Sequence record: MK250027.1
DNA length: 64,000 nucleotides
Strand: one strand, 5' to 3'
Part shown: positions 47,462-55,926 of the stretch, in pieces
Layout of the letters: every line of letters starts with the position of its first letter
How positions within the stretch are numbered: the first letter of the stretch is position 1
Translations under genes and position numbers: made by a program
The notes under the pieces: model-generated
Told to the model about the DNA's origin: nothing
Database searches by the model: none
The model's input: only the letters and a program-made list of their open reading frames with translations

Positions 47462-48091
47462 ATGAGTGATAAATAGAAACATTTTTATGGATGTTTACCA
47501 TCTAAATTGGATGGTACAGAACATATAGTAAATGTTGATTCAAAAATAGTATTACCAGATGAATTTTCATTGCGTGATGTAATGCCGCCAGTAAGAGATC
47601 AAGGAAACACATAGACATGCGTATGTTAGTCTTTAACTGCAATGTTGGATTTCCTTCATAACAGTAAAGTAGGAACTGATGGTAAATGTAATAATTATTC
47701 TATAAATGATTTGTATAGATAGAGATCTAATTATCCATAGGAAGGCATGTCAATTAAAGAAGCTATGAAAATTCTTAAGGATAAAGGCCTAAATGGAGAA
47801 AAGATTAATTCATACGCATTAGTTCCATCAGTAGAAGTTATGAAAAGAACTTTAGTTATGTTTGGACCTTGTTGCGCTGGATTACCTGTGTATTCTGATA
47901 ATGATCCATATTTTTGGAAGAAAGGTTGTGAATATGCAGGGGGTCATGCGATCTGTATTTGTGGATATAATAAAAGAGGATTTATTATTAGAAATTCGTG
48001 GGGAAGTTCATGGGCAGATCATGGATATATAACGATTCCTTATGATGAATATGAAGATTCTGTATTTGAAGCATGGACTGCAATTTTATAA
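47462..48091 (+). CDS. Papain-like (C1) cysteine peptidase, 209 aa; TAG=Gln
   Basis: VRDQGNT(Q)TCVC (oxyanion Q, catalytic C), GGHAICICGY, IRNSWG. Confidence 0.85.
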
Positions 48092-48158
48092 TAATATATT
48101 AAAGATGATTAGTAATGTTAAATGTTACTAATCATTTTTTATTATAATATAATTTATG

Positions 48159-48166
48159 TATCTTTG
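48159..48166 (+). promoter_or_regulatory. Bacteroidota -7 promoter element
   Basis: TATCTTTG. Confidence 0.75.
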
Positions 48167-48202
48167 TATAAACAATTTTATATTTAATTTATAATATTTA
48201 AT

Positions 48203-48658
48203 ATGATGAACTTTAATCATCCTTATAATGAAGATAAGTGTATAGAAAGACTTATGAAAGAATATCATAAGCATAATAATTTAATAGTAGCATTTGATTT
48301 TGATAATACAGTATTTGATTACCATAATGATGGTGGTGATTATTCAGATATTATAGATATTTTGGATTTATGTCATCAGTTAAAATTTACATTGGTATTA
48401 TATACATGTGAAACAAGTACAAAAAAATTAGCATGGAAAATAAATTGGTGTAAAGAACATATGGGATTTAAACCAGATTATGTAAATAGTTCTCCTGTAT
48501 TGAATAATATTACATCTAATGGTAAAATATATTATAATATACTCTTAGATGATCGTGCAGGACTAAATGAAGCATATTCTATACTTGTACATGTTATTTC
48601 AAATATAGAAGGCGAAAAAGGTATTTATTTAGAACCACAATGGGATAAAGAAAGATAA
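48203..48658 (+). CDS. HAD-superfamily hydrolase
   Basis: IVAFDFDNTV (DxD motif I), LYT (II), ILLDDRA (IV). Confidence 0.75.
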   Translation: MMNFNHPYNEDKCIERLMKEYHKHNNLIVAFDFDNTVFDYHNDGGDYSDIIDILDLCHQLKFTLVLYTCETSTKKLAWKINWCKEHMGFKPDYVNSSPVLNNITSNGKIYYNILLDDRAGLNEAYSILVHVISNIEGEKGIYLEPQWDKER

Positions 48659-48693
48659 TAAAATAATAATATTAATTTTAAATAATTTAGAAA

Positions 48694-49563
48694 ATGAAGA
48701 CTATAGATCTTATTAATGGTAATAAGTCAGAAGTAAAGTATGAACTTACTACATTCCCTGATGGTGAACCACATATTAAGTTCCTTGATGATATTAATCG
48801 TAAGGATTCTTATAATGTTAAGTGTCGTATTACAAATCCATCAGAGTTGTTCGTTGTAATGCAAGTTGGACATATTCTTAAGCGTCAGGGTGTAGAGTTT
48901 AATCTTTATATTCTGTATCTTATGAGTATGCGTATGGATCGTGTTATTAATTTCAATGAAGCTTTTACATTGGAGATTGTTGCTAACATGATTAATAGTT
49001 TTGAAGCTGAACATGTGTATATTTTTGAAGCACATTCTGAACGTACATTTAAGTTGATTAAGAATTCTGAACCATATTATGTATTGAGTATGTGTGAAGA
49101 TTATAATAAGATGCGTAAAGATTGTTATGAAGCAGAAAATGCAGTTATTTGTTTCCCTGATCATGGTGCATATGAGCGTTATTCAAAGGATTTCTATCCA
49201 ACATCTGCATACATTTGTATGAATAAAGTTAGAGACCTTGATAATAAGGGCGTTATTAAGTCCATGGAGATTTCAAAGATGCAACTTCCATTTATGCATG
49301 AGGAAGATGTTGAACAGATTACTATTGTAGATGATTTGTGTGATGGTGGTGGAACATTCTGTTGGGCTGCTAGTATTCTTAAAGAAAGATTTCCTAAAGC
49401 AAAGTTGAATATTTTTGTTAAACATATGGTAAATCCTATAGGATTAAAGAAACTTATAGGTTCATTTGATAATGTTTATATTACAGATTCATATAGAGAT
49501 TGGACATCTGAAATTGAAGTAAATGTTAATTCAACAGATAAAGTTCATATTATCCATTTGTAA
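48694..49563 (+). CDS. prs: Ribose-phosphate pyrophosphokinase-like enzyme (Prs / phage Adps-like)
   Basis: FPDGEPHI, RMDR, CFPDHGAYERY, IVDDLCDGGGTF. Confidence 0.8.
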   Translation: MKTIDLINGNKSEVKYELTTFPDGEPHIKFLDDINRKDSYNVKCRITNPSELFVVMQVGHILKRQGVEFNLYILYLMSMRMDRVINFNEAFTLEIVANMINSFEAEHVYIFEAHSERTFKLIKNSEPYYVLSMCEDYNKMRKDCYEAENAVICFPDHGAYERYSKDFYPTSAYICMNKVRDLDNKGVIKSMEISKMQLPFMHEEDVEQITIVDDLCDGGGTFCWAASILKERFPKAKLNIFVKHMVNPIGLKKLIGSFDNVYITDSYRDWTSEIEVNVNSTDKVHIIHL

Positions 49564-49655
49564 AAAATATAAAGTCTAGATGATTTTCTTGATTATCTAG
49601 ACTTTTTCTTTTTAACCTAATATATAATATATAATTAATTTTTAATAATAAGAAT

Positions 49656-50258
49656 ATGAAAGAAAACGAATTTATTGATGAAGTCGACGAGACAGAAGTA
49701 AATCCAGATATTGAAAATAATAACACAGAAGATACAAGTTCAGATATTAATGAAGATGATATTGTTACAGATGAAGATGATAATGAGTATGTAACAAAAG
49801 AATATGCTGATAATCTTATTAATGAACTTAATAAAGCAAAGCAAGAAGCAAAATCATGGAAAGATCGTTATACATATCTTTATTCTGATTGGGATACATA
49901 TAAGCGTAGAGTATTAAGAGAAAAAGATAATATTTCTAAATATGGAAGTGAGAAAGTGATTAAGGATATTCTTCCTATTATTGATGATTTTGATAGAGCA
50001 TTTATGCATATGTCTGATGAGCAGAAGGAAGGAATTTCTATTATTTACAAGAATTTTATTTCTGTATTGGAGAATCATGATGTTACTATCATTCCTGCAA
50101 ATCATGGTGATGATTTTAATGATAATCTTCATGAAGCTGTTTCAGTTGTACCTTCAATGGATGATAGTGAGAAAGGTAAGATTGCTGATTGTATCACAAA
50201 GGGATATATGTTGCATGATAAAGTTATTAGATATGCAAAGGTAATTGTATTCAATTAA
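49656..50258 (+). CDS. grpE: GrpE nucleotide exchange factor
   Basis: DILPIIDDFDRA, FNDNLHEAV, KGYMLHDKVIRYAKVIV. Confidence 0.92.
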   Translation: MKENEFIDEVDETEVNPDIENNNTEDTSSDINEDDIVTDEDDNEYVTKEYADNLINELNKAKQEAKSWKDRYTYLYSDWDTYKRRVLREKDNISKYGSEKVIKDILPIIDDFDRAFMHMSDEQKEGISIIYKNFISVLENHDVTIIPANHGDDFNDNLHEAVSVVPSMDDSEKGKIADCITKGYMLHDKVIRYAKVIVFN

Positions 50259-50502
50259 TATATCTAATATCATCGTCATCATATAATTGTTTAAGCATAT
50301 CATCAATATTCAATTTTTGAAATTGTTTCTACTATATACTCATATCAAAATTAAATCTATTTTCTGATTTATTATATTTTGCAATAGTTTTATCAAAATC
50401 AAATTGATTATCAGTATCAAATATAGAACGGAGTGTATAGTTTTTACCATTATGACGTAATGTTTTTACAAATTCTCTATTAGTTGGATATTTTCTATTC
50501 AT
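50251..50502 (-). CDS. Small hypothetical protein (83 aa); TAG=Gln
   Basis: MNRKYPTNREFVKTLRHNGKNY..., two adjacent TAG, TGA stop. Confidence 0.5.
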
Positions 50503-50607
50503 CTTTAAATATATACATTAATTATAATTTATTTATTCAGAATTGTTAATGAATATTAAATATAGAAAATAACTAAGTAAATATTTTTATATTTAGAAAA
50601 TATGTTG

Positions 50608-50615
50608 TATCTTTG
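50608..50615 (+). promoter_or_regulatory. Bacteroidota -7 promoter element
   Basis: TATCTTTG. Confidence 0.75.
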
Positions 50616-50639
50616 CAGTGTTAATAATTATTAAAGAAT

Positions 50640-51170
50640 ATGAATACAAATGAAGCAAAAGTAATCAACTGGTTTGATATTAAGGACGATGTAAAAGTCA
50701 TTAATGAGAATACTAAACATAAAAATAATGTTGAGAATAAAGTAAAACATAATCATGCAAATAATATTAATATATTTGATGGGTCTATTCAAGTAAATCA
50801 TGCTATTTGCAAAAAAACTACTGCAAAGATTATTGAGTCATTTGAAAGTGTACTTGTACATAATGTAGCTGATAAAGTAAAGTATCATTGTGATGGTGGC
50901 ATCTTTAATGGTAAGACAGTTTGTATTAAATGTCGTGCTAATGCATATAATACAGGTGGAAACTTTACATTCACAGAAGATGATTTAACAGCGGATATGA
51001 TTGCTGTTTATTACTATGATGAGAATAGTAATCTTGGACATTGGTTTATTTGTGATAGAAATCGTTTGAGCAAGAATAAGATGAAACAATCACAAAATAT
51101 TTATATTGTTCATCAAGATTATATTAAGAAACATGCATGGTGTGAATATACGGTAACGTTTAATAAATAA
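50640..51170 (+). CDS. Early hypothetical protein
   Basis: ORF. Confidence 0.75.
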   Translation: MNTNEAKVINWFDIKDDVKVINENTKHKNNVENKVKHNHANNINIFDGSIQVNHAICKKTTAKIIESFESVLVHNVADKVKYHCDGGIFNGKTVCIKCRANAYNTGGNFTFTEDDLTADMIAVYYYDENSNLGHWFICDRNRLSKNKMKQSQNIYIVHQDYIKKHAWCEYTVTFNK

Positions 51171-51272
51171 TTTTTAATTTTTTTGAGAAAAAAGTTTGTA
51201 AAATTATAGACTTTTGAAAAAAATTTAGATATATATTATATAGAATAAATTAAAATAATAAATAAGATAATT

Positions 51273-51401
51273 ATGAAAACTTTAAATATGACATATGGTA
51301 TGCATCCAGTTTGTGGTATGGTTCACATGTTCCCATGTGGAGGTGGTCGACCTATGTCTTTACTTGAGGATTTAAAGTTTTCTTGTATGTTGCAATCATA
51401 A
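51273..51401 (+). CDS. Putative Met/Cys-rich leader peptide (42 aa)
   Basis: MKTLNMTYGMHPVCGMVHMFPCGGGRPMSLLEDLKFSCMLQS: 7 Met, 3 Cys. Confidence 0.6.
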   Translation: MKTLNMTYGMHPVCGMVHMFPCGGGRPMSLLEDLKFSCMLQS

Positions 51402-51430
51402 CCGGTTAACTCAACATATATACAATTTTT

Positions 51431-51479
51431 AAACCTCAAGTAGAAAATATCAGAAAATCTACTTGAGGTTTTATTTTTT
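51431..51479 (+). terminator. Terminator/attenuator hairpin ahead of the tRNA cluster
   Basis: AAACCTCAAGTAGA / TCTACTTGAGGTTT followed by a T tract. Confidence 0.75.
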
Positions 51480-51484
51480 AATAT

Positions 51485-51559
51485 GGTCCGTCTGGTGTAA
51501 TTGGTAACATGACAGATTGTGATTCTGTTGTTCAGGGTTCGAGTCCCTAACGTGACCCA
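51485..51559 (+). tRNA. tRNA-His(GTG), imperfect acceptor stem
   Basis: ACAGA-TTGTGAT-TCTGT anticodon arm, G-1/C73, TTCGAGT loop. Confidence 0.8.
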
Positions 51560-51576
51560 AAATATTATTAATATTT

Positions 51577-51652
51577 AGCGTAGTGGCCCAGTTGGTCTAA
51601 GGCACCTGTTTTGGGAACAGGTTAGATCGCACGTTCGAATCGTGTCTACGCT
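51577..51652 (+). tRNA. tRNA-Pro(TGG)
   Basis: AGCGTAG/CTACGCT; CCTGT-TTTGGGA-ACAGG. Confidence 0.9.
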
Positions 51653-51767
51653 ACAGAATAGAGTTCTTATGTTATCCTTACATAACTAAAAGAACTAAAA
51701 CTTAAGATGGTAAGGCATCTATATAATGGAAGTTCACGCCCAAGGGAAGATTTATAAGTTATAATTT

Positions 51768-51842
51768 ACTCTGTTAACTCAATTGGATTAGAGTATTTCG
51801 CTACGAACGAAAAGGTTGTGAGTTCGATTCTTACACAGAGTA
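51768..51842 (+). tRNA. tRNA-Arg(ACG)
   Basis: ACTCTGT/ACAGAGT; TTTCG-CTACGAA-CGAAA. Confidence 0.9.
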
Positions 51843-51851
51843 CAAGTAAAT

Positions 51852-51924
51852 ATCTCTATAGCTCAAAAGAATAGAGCAGTTCTCTCCTAAAGAACAGATA
51901 ACAGTTTGATTCTGTTTGGAGATA
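51852..51924 (+). tRNA. tRNA-Arg(CCT), T-loop TTTGATT
   Basis: ATCTCTA/TGGAGAT; GTTCT-CTCCTAA-AGAAC. Confidence 0.8.
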
Positions 51925-52441
51925 CAAACAAAATTAACATTATTAATATAGACTTTTATCTATTAATGGAATATATTATAATGTAATTTGAATTTTAAAA
52001 TACTATTAAAATGTGGGGAGTAGAGTTCCCATCATTTAAAGAGTTTCGAGAAGAAGGTATTGTATGTAAAAGCATTAAGTTTCGTTTAGCTGACGAAATG
52101 TTACCAAGCGGTGATGGTATTCATGTACATAGGTCCATCCGTATAACTTCAGGGAATCGTAAGCATTAATCTTGGAGAGTACAGTTTTTAGTCTGAAATG
52201 ACGAATTTTCCTACTGGTTGCTCAATATGATATTAAGAGTCGGAGATAATTATTTGTAAGTTCCACAATTACGAGAGGAAAATGGAATTAAGTTGAAGGA
52301 ATAACGTGATTATTCTTGGTGTGATTAGGAGAACGAAAATAACCAGTATGTATGGTGTACGTGTGCATACAGAAACAAAGCAAATAATAGCCCTTAGAGA
52401 ATTTGCCGAGTAAAGGACATTAATAGTATTTTTATTTATTT

Positions 52442-52519
52442 GCAGTATTGGTGTAGCTGGAGGCGCATTCCTGACTTCCACTCAGGCGGCTTGCGCGAGT
52501 TCGATTCTCGCATACTGCT
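52442..52519 (+). tRNA. tRNA-Gly(TCC)
   Basis: GCAGTAT/ATACTGC, U73; CCTGA-CTTCCAC-TCAGG. Confidence 0.9.
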
Positions 52520-52728
52520 CATAATAAGGTAGAGTATCAATGAATGATAGAGAATAAGTTCCTGTCTGAGATCAACCTATCTGTAGTATTTAGATAATTT
52601 TATGTATACATAAAATTATAACGAAGTTTATATTACCTGTAGTCGTAATATTCAAATCGTTCGTTGACATAGTTATTCCGTGATGTAGTAGAGAGTTATA
52701 ATCAGCATATAACAAACGGAATATTTTT

Positions 52729-52801
52729 GCGGAAGTATATCAATGGCTAGATAGATACGTTGCCAACGTATAGGTTGTGAGTTCGAGTCTCATTTTCCGC
52801 T
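52729..52801 (+). tRNA. tRNA-Gly(GCC)
   Basis: GCGGAAG/TTTCCGC, U73; ATACG-TTGCCAA-CGTAT. Confidence 0.9.
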
Positions 52802-52944
52802 CTATAAACGTTTCGAGGTTTTAAAGTTGAATGTACCACCTTGCGCTTGTGTTGCTATTCACCTTTGAGTAATAGTAAAAAACTTATGGTACCAAGGATG
52901 TTTTCTACGTTGTTACATCCATTTTTTTGAATATGATAGAATAT

Positions 52945-53089
52945 GAGAGTCAATACAGCAAATTAAATTGATAGATAATGTTTGAAGATTATACACAAAA
53001 AGACTCTTGAATCAAATTATAATGGGAGGCAATACAGCAAATTTTGTATTAAGGATTATTTTGCTAAAATAATATTCTATACGCCTCCT
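52945..53089 (+). ncRNA. Two tandem structured RNA elements sharing CAATACAGCAAATT
   Basis: Copy 1 closed by AGAGTC/GACTCT, copy 2 by GGAGGC/GCCTCC. Confidence 0.5.
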
Positions 53090-53096
53090 GATACTT

Positions 53097-53179
53097 GACG
53101 AGTTGCTGAGAATTGGTTAATCGCACGGTCTGCAAAACCGTTGGTCTTTGACATGTCGGTTCGAGTCCGACACTCGTCT
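53097..53179 (+). tRNA. tRNA-Cys(GCA) with a 13-nt variable arm
   Basis: GACGAGT/ACTCGTC, U73; ACGGT-CTGCAAA-ACCGT. Confidence 0.9.
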
Positions 53180-53212
53180 CTTTAGATTAATATTTTAAAA
53201 TACTATTATAAG

Positions 53213-53473
53213 ATGAAGAAATTATTTTCTTTTATATTTTATACAATAATGATTACATCATTATTTGGATGTGCAACAAAACAAGATACAATTAATTATC
53301 TTAATAATTATGTACATAAAAATATTTCTGAAAATTGTATAAACATTTTCAGTAATCAAAGATATAATGAATATATTGATACTGTTACTAATATTAAATA
53401 TTATGTTTATATAGATTATAATAGTAACATCAATATAACAGATAAAAGATTTCCGAGGTATACAGCTCGTTAA
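53213..53473 (+). CDS. Small putative lipoprotein
   Basis: MKK + hydrophobic stretch + LFGC lipobox. Confidence 0.65.
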   Translation: MKKLFSFIFYTIMITSLFGCATKQDTINYLNNYVHKNISENCINIFSNQRYNEYIDTVTNIKYYVYIDYNSNINITDKRFPRYTAR

Positions 53474-53771
53474 AAGAGGTTGACTTGTATATTCTACATT
53501 ACCTACTGTATAACAATATATGAGTGTACATGTGAAAAGATACACCATGTTCTATTAATATAAAAATGTACATATATATGGTAACAATTATATTAATATC
53601 AGATGCATGACATATATGAATATAATAACGAATTCGTGAAATGACTATTGTTTTTAGTTGCTTGGAAACGGCGAACTTAGTTTTATCAATAGAGGAAGTA
53701 TAATATTAAAACAGTTAAATGTAAATCTTTCTGAGACAATGGGGACAACTTGTAGTAAGAGAGTATTTTTA

Positions 53772-53886
53772 GCTAGTATAGTTTAGTGGCAAAACACCCA
53801 AATCCCAGGGATAAGAGATGGTTTGAGTTGTAGTGTACAATACAATATACAGAAGATTTTGGTGAGTTCGATTCTCACTGCTAGCT
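53772..53886 (+). ncRNA. tRNA-like RNA (Gly-like ends) with an extra ~44 nt in the central region
   Basis: GCTAGTA/TGCTAGC-U, D arm GTTT/AAAC, T arm GTGAG-TTCGATT-CTCAC; no canonical anticodon arm. Confidence 0.6.
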
Positions 53887-53892
53887 CAATAT

Positions 53893-54022
53893 GAAGTGCG
53901 TAGTTTAAATGGTAAAACATCCTTTGAGTAGGACTCTGACGAGAGATAGATAACAATGTTAGACTCTATTTAATTCCATTGTTTTATTAATGAGTATAGG
54001 TTCGAATCCTATGGTACTTCCA
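53893..54022 (+). ncRNA. tRNA-like RNA with ~60-nt central expansion
   Basis: GAAGTGC/GTACTTC, D arm GTTT/AAAC, T arm ATAGG-TTCGAAT-CCTAT; irregular anticodon arm. Confidence 0.6.
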
Positions 54023-54310
54023 AATTTATATAGATAAAAAGATTCTGGTGATTAGATAAAACATTATAAGAAAAGAGAAAAAACTTAGGTAACTGCAGAT
54101 AACTAAGGGTCGTAAGAGTATATGAAGAAAGATGAACTATGGATACCTCCTTATAATGCGTTTTATCAATAATTAAAGTAGTCTATAATATAAGTTCATT
54201 AACGTTATAGAAAAAACGAATATTGATAAGTCTACTATGCAGATGGGGCATTGAGAATGCCGTATAGTTCTAAAGCATCGTAAAACAGTTTATTTATATA
54301 TTTTTAATAT

Positions 54311-54385
54311 GGCTAGATAGCTCAGTTCGGTTAGAGCGCGTGATTCATATCCACGAGGTCGTGTGTTCGATCCACACTCTTGCTA
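54311..54385 (+). tRNA. tRNA with CAT anticodon (Met or Ile2)
   Basis: GGCTAGA/TCTTGCT; CGTGA-TTCATAT-CCACG; GTGTG-TTCGATC-CACAC. Confidence 0.85.
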
Positions 54386-54464
54386 CAGTGTTTTTAGTTG
54401 TTTATTAATGATTTGAGATATATCAATTTTTGGTATATCTCTTTTTTATTTAGAAAATAATTTG

Positions 54465-54472
54465 TATCTTTG
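54465..54472 (+). promoter_or_regulatory. Bacteroidota -7 promoter element
   Basis: TATCTTTG. Confidence 0.75.
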
Positions 54473-54498
54473 TATTATTAATTTAAATTTAATAGGTT

Positions 54499-54990
54499 AT
54501 GAAGAAATATAAAGTATATCAACTTCGTCGAGAAAATGAAGTTATTATCGATGATAATGAAATATATGATGCAAGAATGAAAGTTATTGCAGAGTATGAA
54601 ATTAAATCAGATAGAATTGATTTTGATATTATTTCAGAAGATATATGGCATTTATGTAATGTTCATTGTTGGGATAGATCATGGCATGCAGGTGAAGGTG
54701 TTCAGAAAGATGATATTATATTAACTCCTACATCTGACTTTGATGGTTTCTGTAATAGTGATATTGTCGTAGAAACCGAAGATGGACTTTATCTTGCAGA
54801 ATCATTTGGATTTATGAAAGTAAATTCGTTAGAAGATGCATCATATAGAATCATTGCGAGATTTCCGTTTATTTCGTGGGATAATATGAGAAATAAGAAT
54901 GAATATGATAAAGATAAACTATCTGAAGTAAAACGTAAGATTGATTATGAGAATAAATTGATGTTAGAAGAATATAAAAATAAAAAATAA
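54499..54990 (+). CDS. Early hypothetical protein
   Basis: ORF. Confidence 0.75.
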   Translation: MKKYKVYQLRRENEVIIDDNEIYDARMKVIAEYEIKSDRIDFDIISEDIWHLCNVHCWDRSWHAGEGVQKDDIILTPTSDFDGFCNSDIVVETEDGLYLAESFGFMKVNSLEDASYRIIARFPFISWDNMRNKNEYDKDKLSEVKRKIDYENKLMLEEYKNKK

Positions 54991-55040
54991 TTTTTTGGAA
55001 TAATTTCTCCTAAATATTTTTTTATTTAAAAAAGAACATG

Positions 55041-55048
55041 TATCTTTG
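55041..55048 (+). promoter_or_regulatory. Bacteroidota -7 promoter element
   Basis: TATCTTTG. Confidence 0.75.
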
Positions 55049-55095
55049 TATTGTAAATAATAAACATATAATAAACAATTAAAAATATAAAAATT

Positions 55096-55533
55096 ATGGC
55101 AACAGTTAAGATTTCTCCAGCACAGGTTTTTCCAGTAGCAAACAAGATTCGTGCAGCAAAGCACATCTCAATGAAGGAAGCATACGCAGAAGCAAAGGCA
55201 CAGCTTATTGCTGAAGCAGAGAATGCAGTTAAGACAGCAGAGACTGTAGTTGAAGTACCTACTAATGTTGTAGAGATTCCTGTAAATATGGAGTTGCATG
55301 CACAGCTTGTAGAGAAGATGCAGAATGCAAATGTAAAGTTCGTATTCTTGAACAATAAGGGTAAGAAGATTATCACTACTGGTACTTTGAATATGTCAAA
55401 GGTTCCTACAAACCGTAAGGTACAGGGACGTAAGGAAGTAAAAGATGAGAACACACAGGTATTCTATGATGTTCGTCATGGTGTATATCGTTCATACCAG
55501 AAGGATAAGTTGGTAGAGATTATCTCTAAGTAA
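55096..55533 (+). CDS. WYL_2/DUF2693-like SH3-fold protein
   Basis: VKFVFLNNKGKKIITTGTLN...VFYDVRHGVYRSY. Confidence 0.6.
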   Translation: MATVKISPAQVFPVANKIRAAKHISMKEAYAEAKAQLIAEAENAVKTAETVVEVPTNVVEIPVNMELHAQLVEKMQNANVKFVFLNNKGKKIITTGTLNMSKVPTNRKVQGRKEVKDENTQVFYDVRHGVYRSYQKDKLVEIISK

Positions 55534-55926
55534 AATATTAAGTTATTAGTAACAAAAGGAAATAACAGGTTGTTTATTGAATGTAGACAATTTGTTATTT
55601 CCTTTATATAATATATAAATCGTTTCTGATAATAAATATAGAAGTGATTTTTATTTAATATGTTTATGAACTGATATTTTGCTAAGCATATGTCTGAATT
55701 GGAAAGCATATGTAATTTTCGTGCAATGTTCAATTTTAATTAATTTTAATTTTGATAGGTTAAGGAGTAAGCCTATAAGTGCGAATAATAAAGTCGTATT
55801 GAAAATCAAATTTTGATTCCATAAAAGTTGGAATATGGTTTTTGAAGGCTAAGATGAAGTTATAAGAGATATTTGATATATTTCTTTTCATCGAATAATA
55901 AAAAATAACATAGAAACAATTAATTT

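Noticed and set aside
29307-50258. Bacterial chromosome origin suggested by dnaK/dnaJ/grpE/fhs/prs/tmRNA/tRNAs
   Set aside because: Interleaved with gp20-like portal, gp55-like sigma, UvsW, homing endonucleases and code-15 genes; no ribosomal-protein or rRNA operons
52269-52481. Minus-strand 70-aa ORF
   Set aside because: Overlaps tRNA-Gly(TCC) antisense within a plus-strand RNA cluster
53893-54022. Selenocysteine or pyrrolysine tRNA
   Set aside because: No TCA or CTA anticodon in a proper loop, and the insert is far longer than a Sec variable arm
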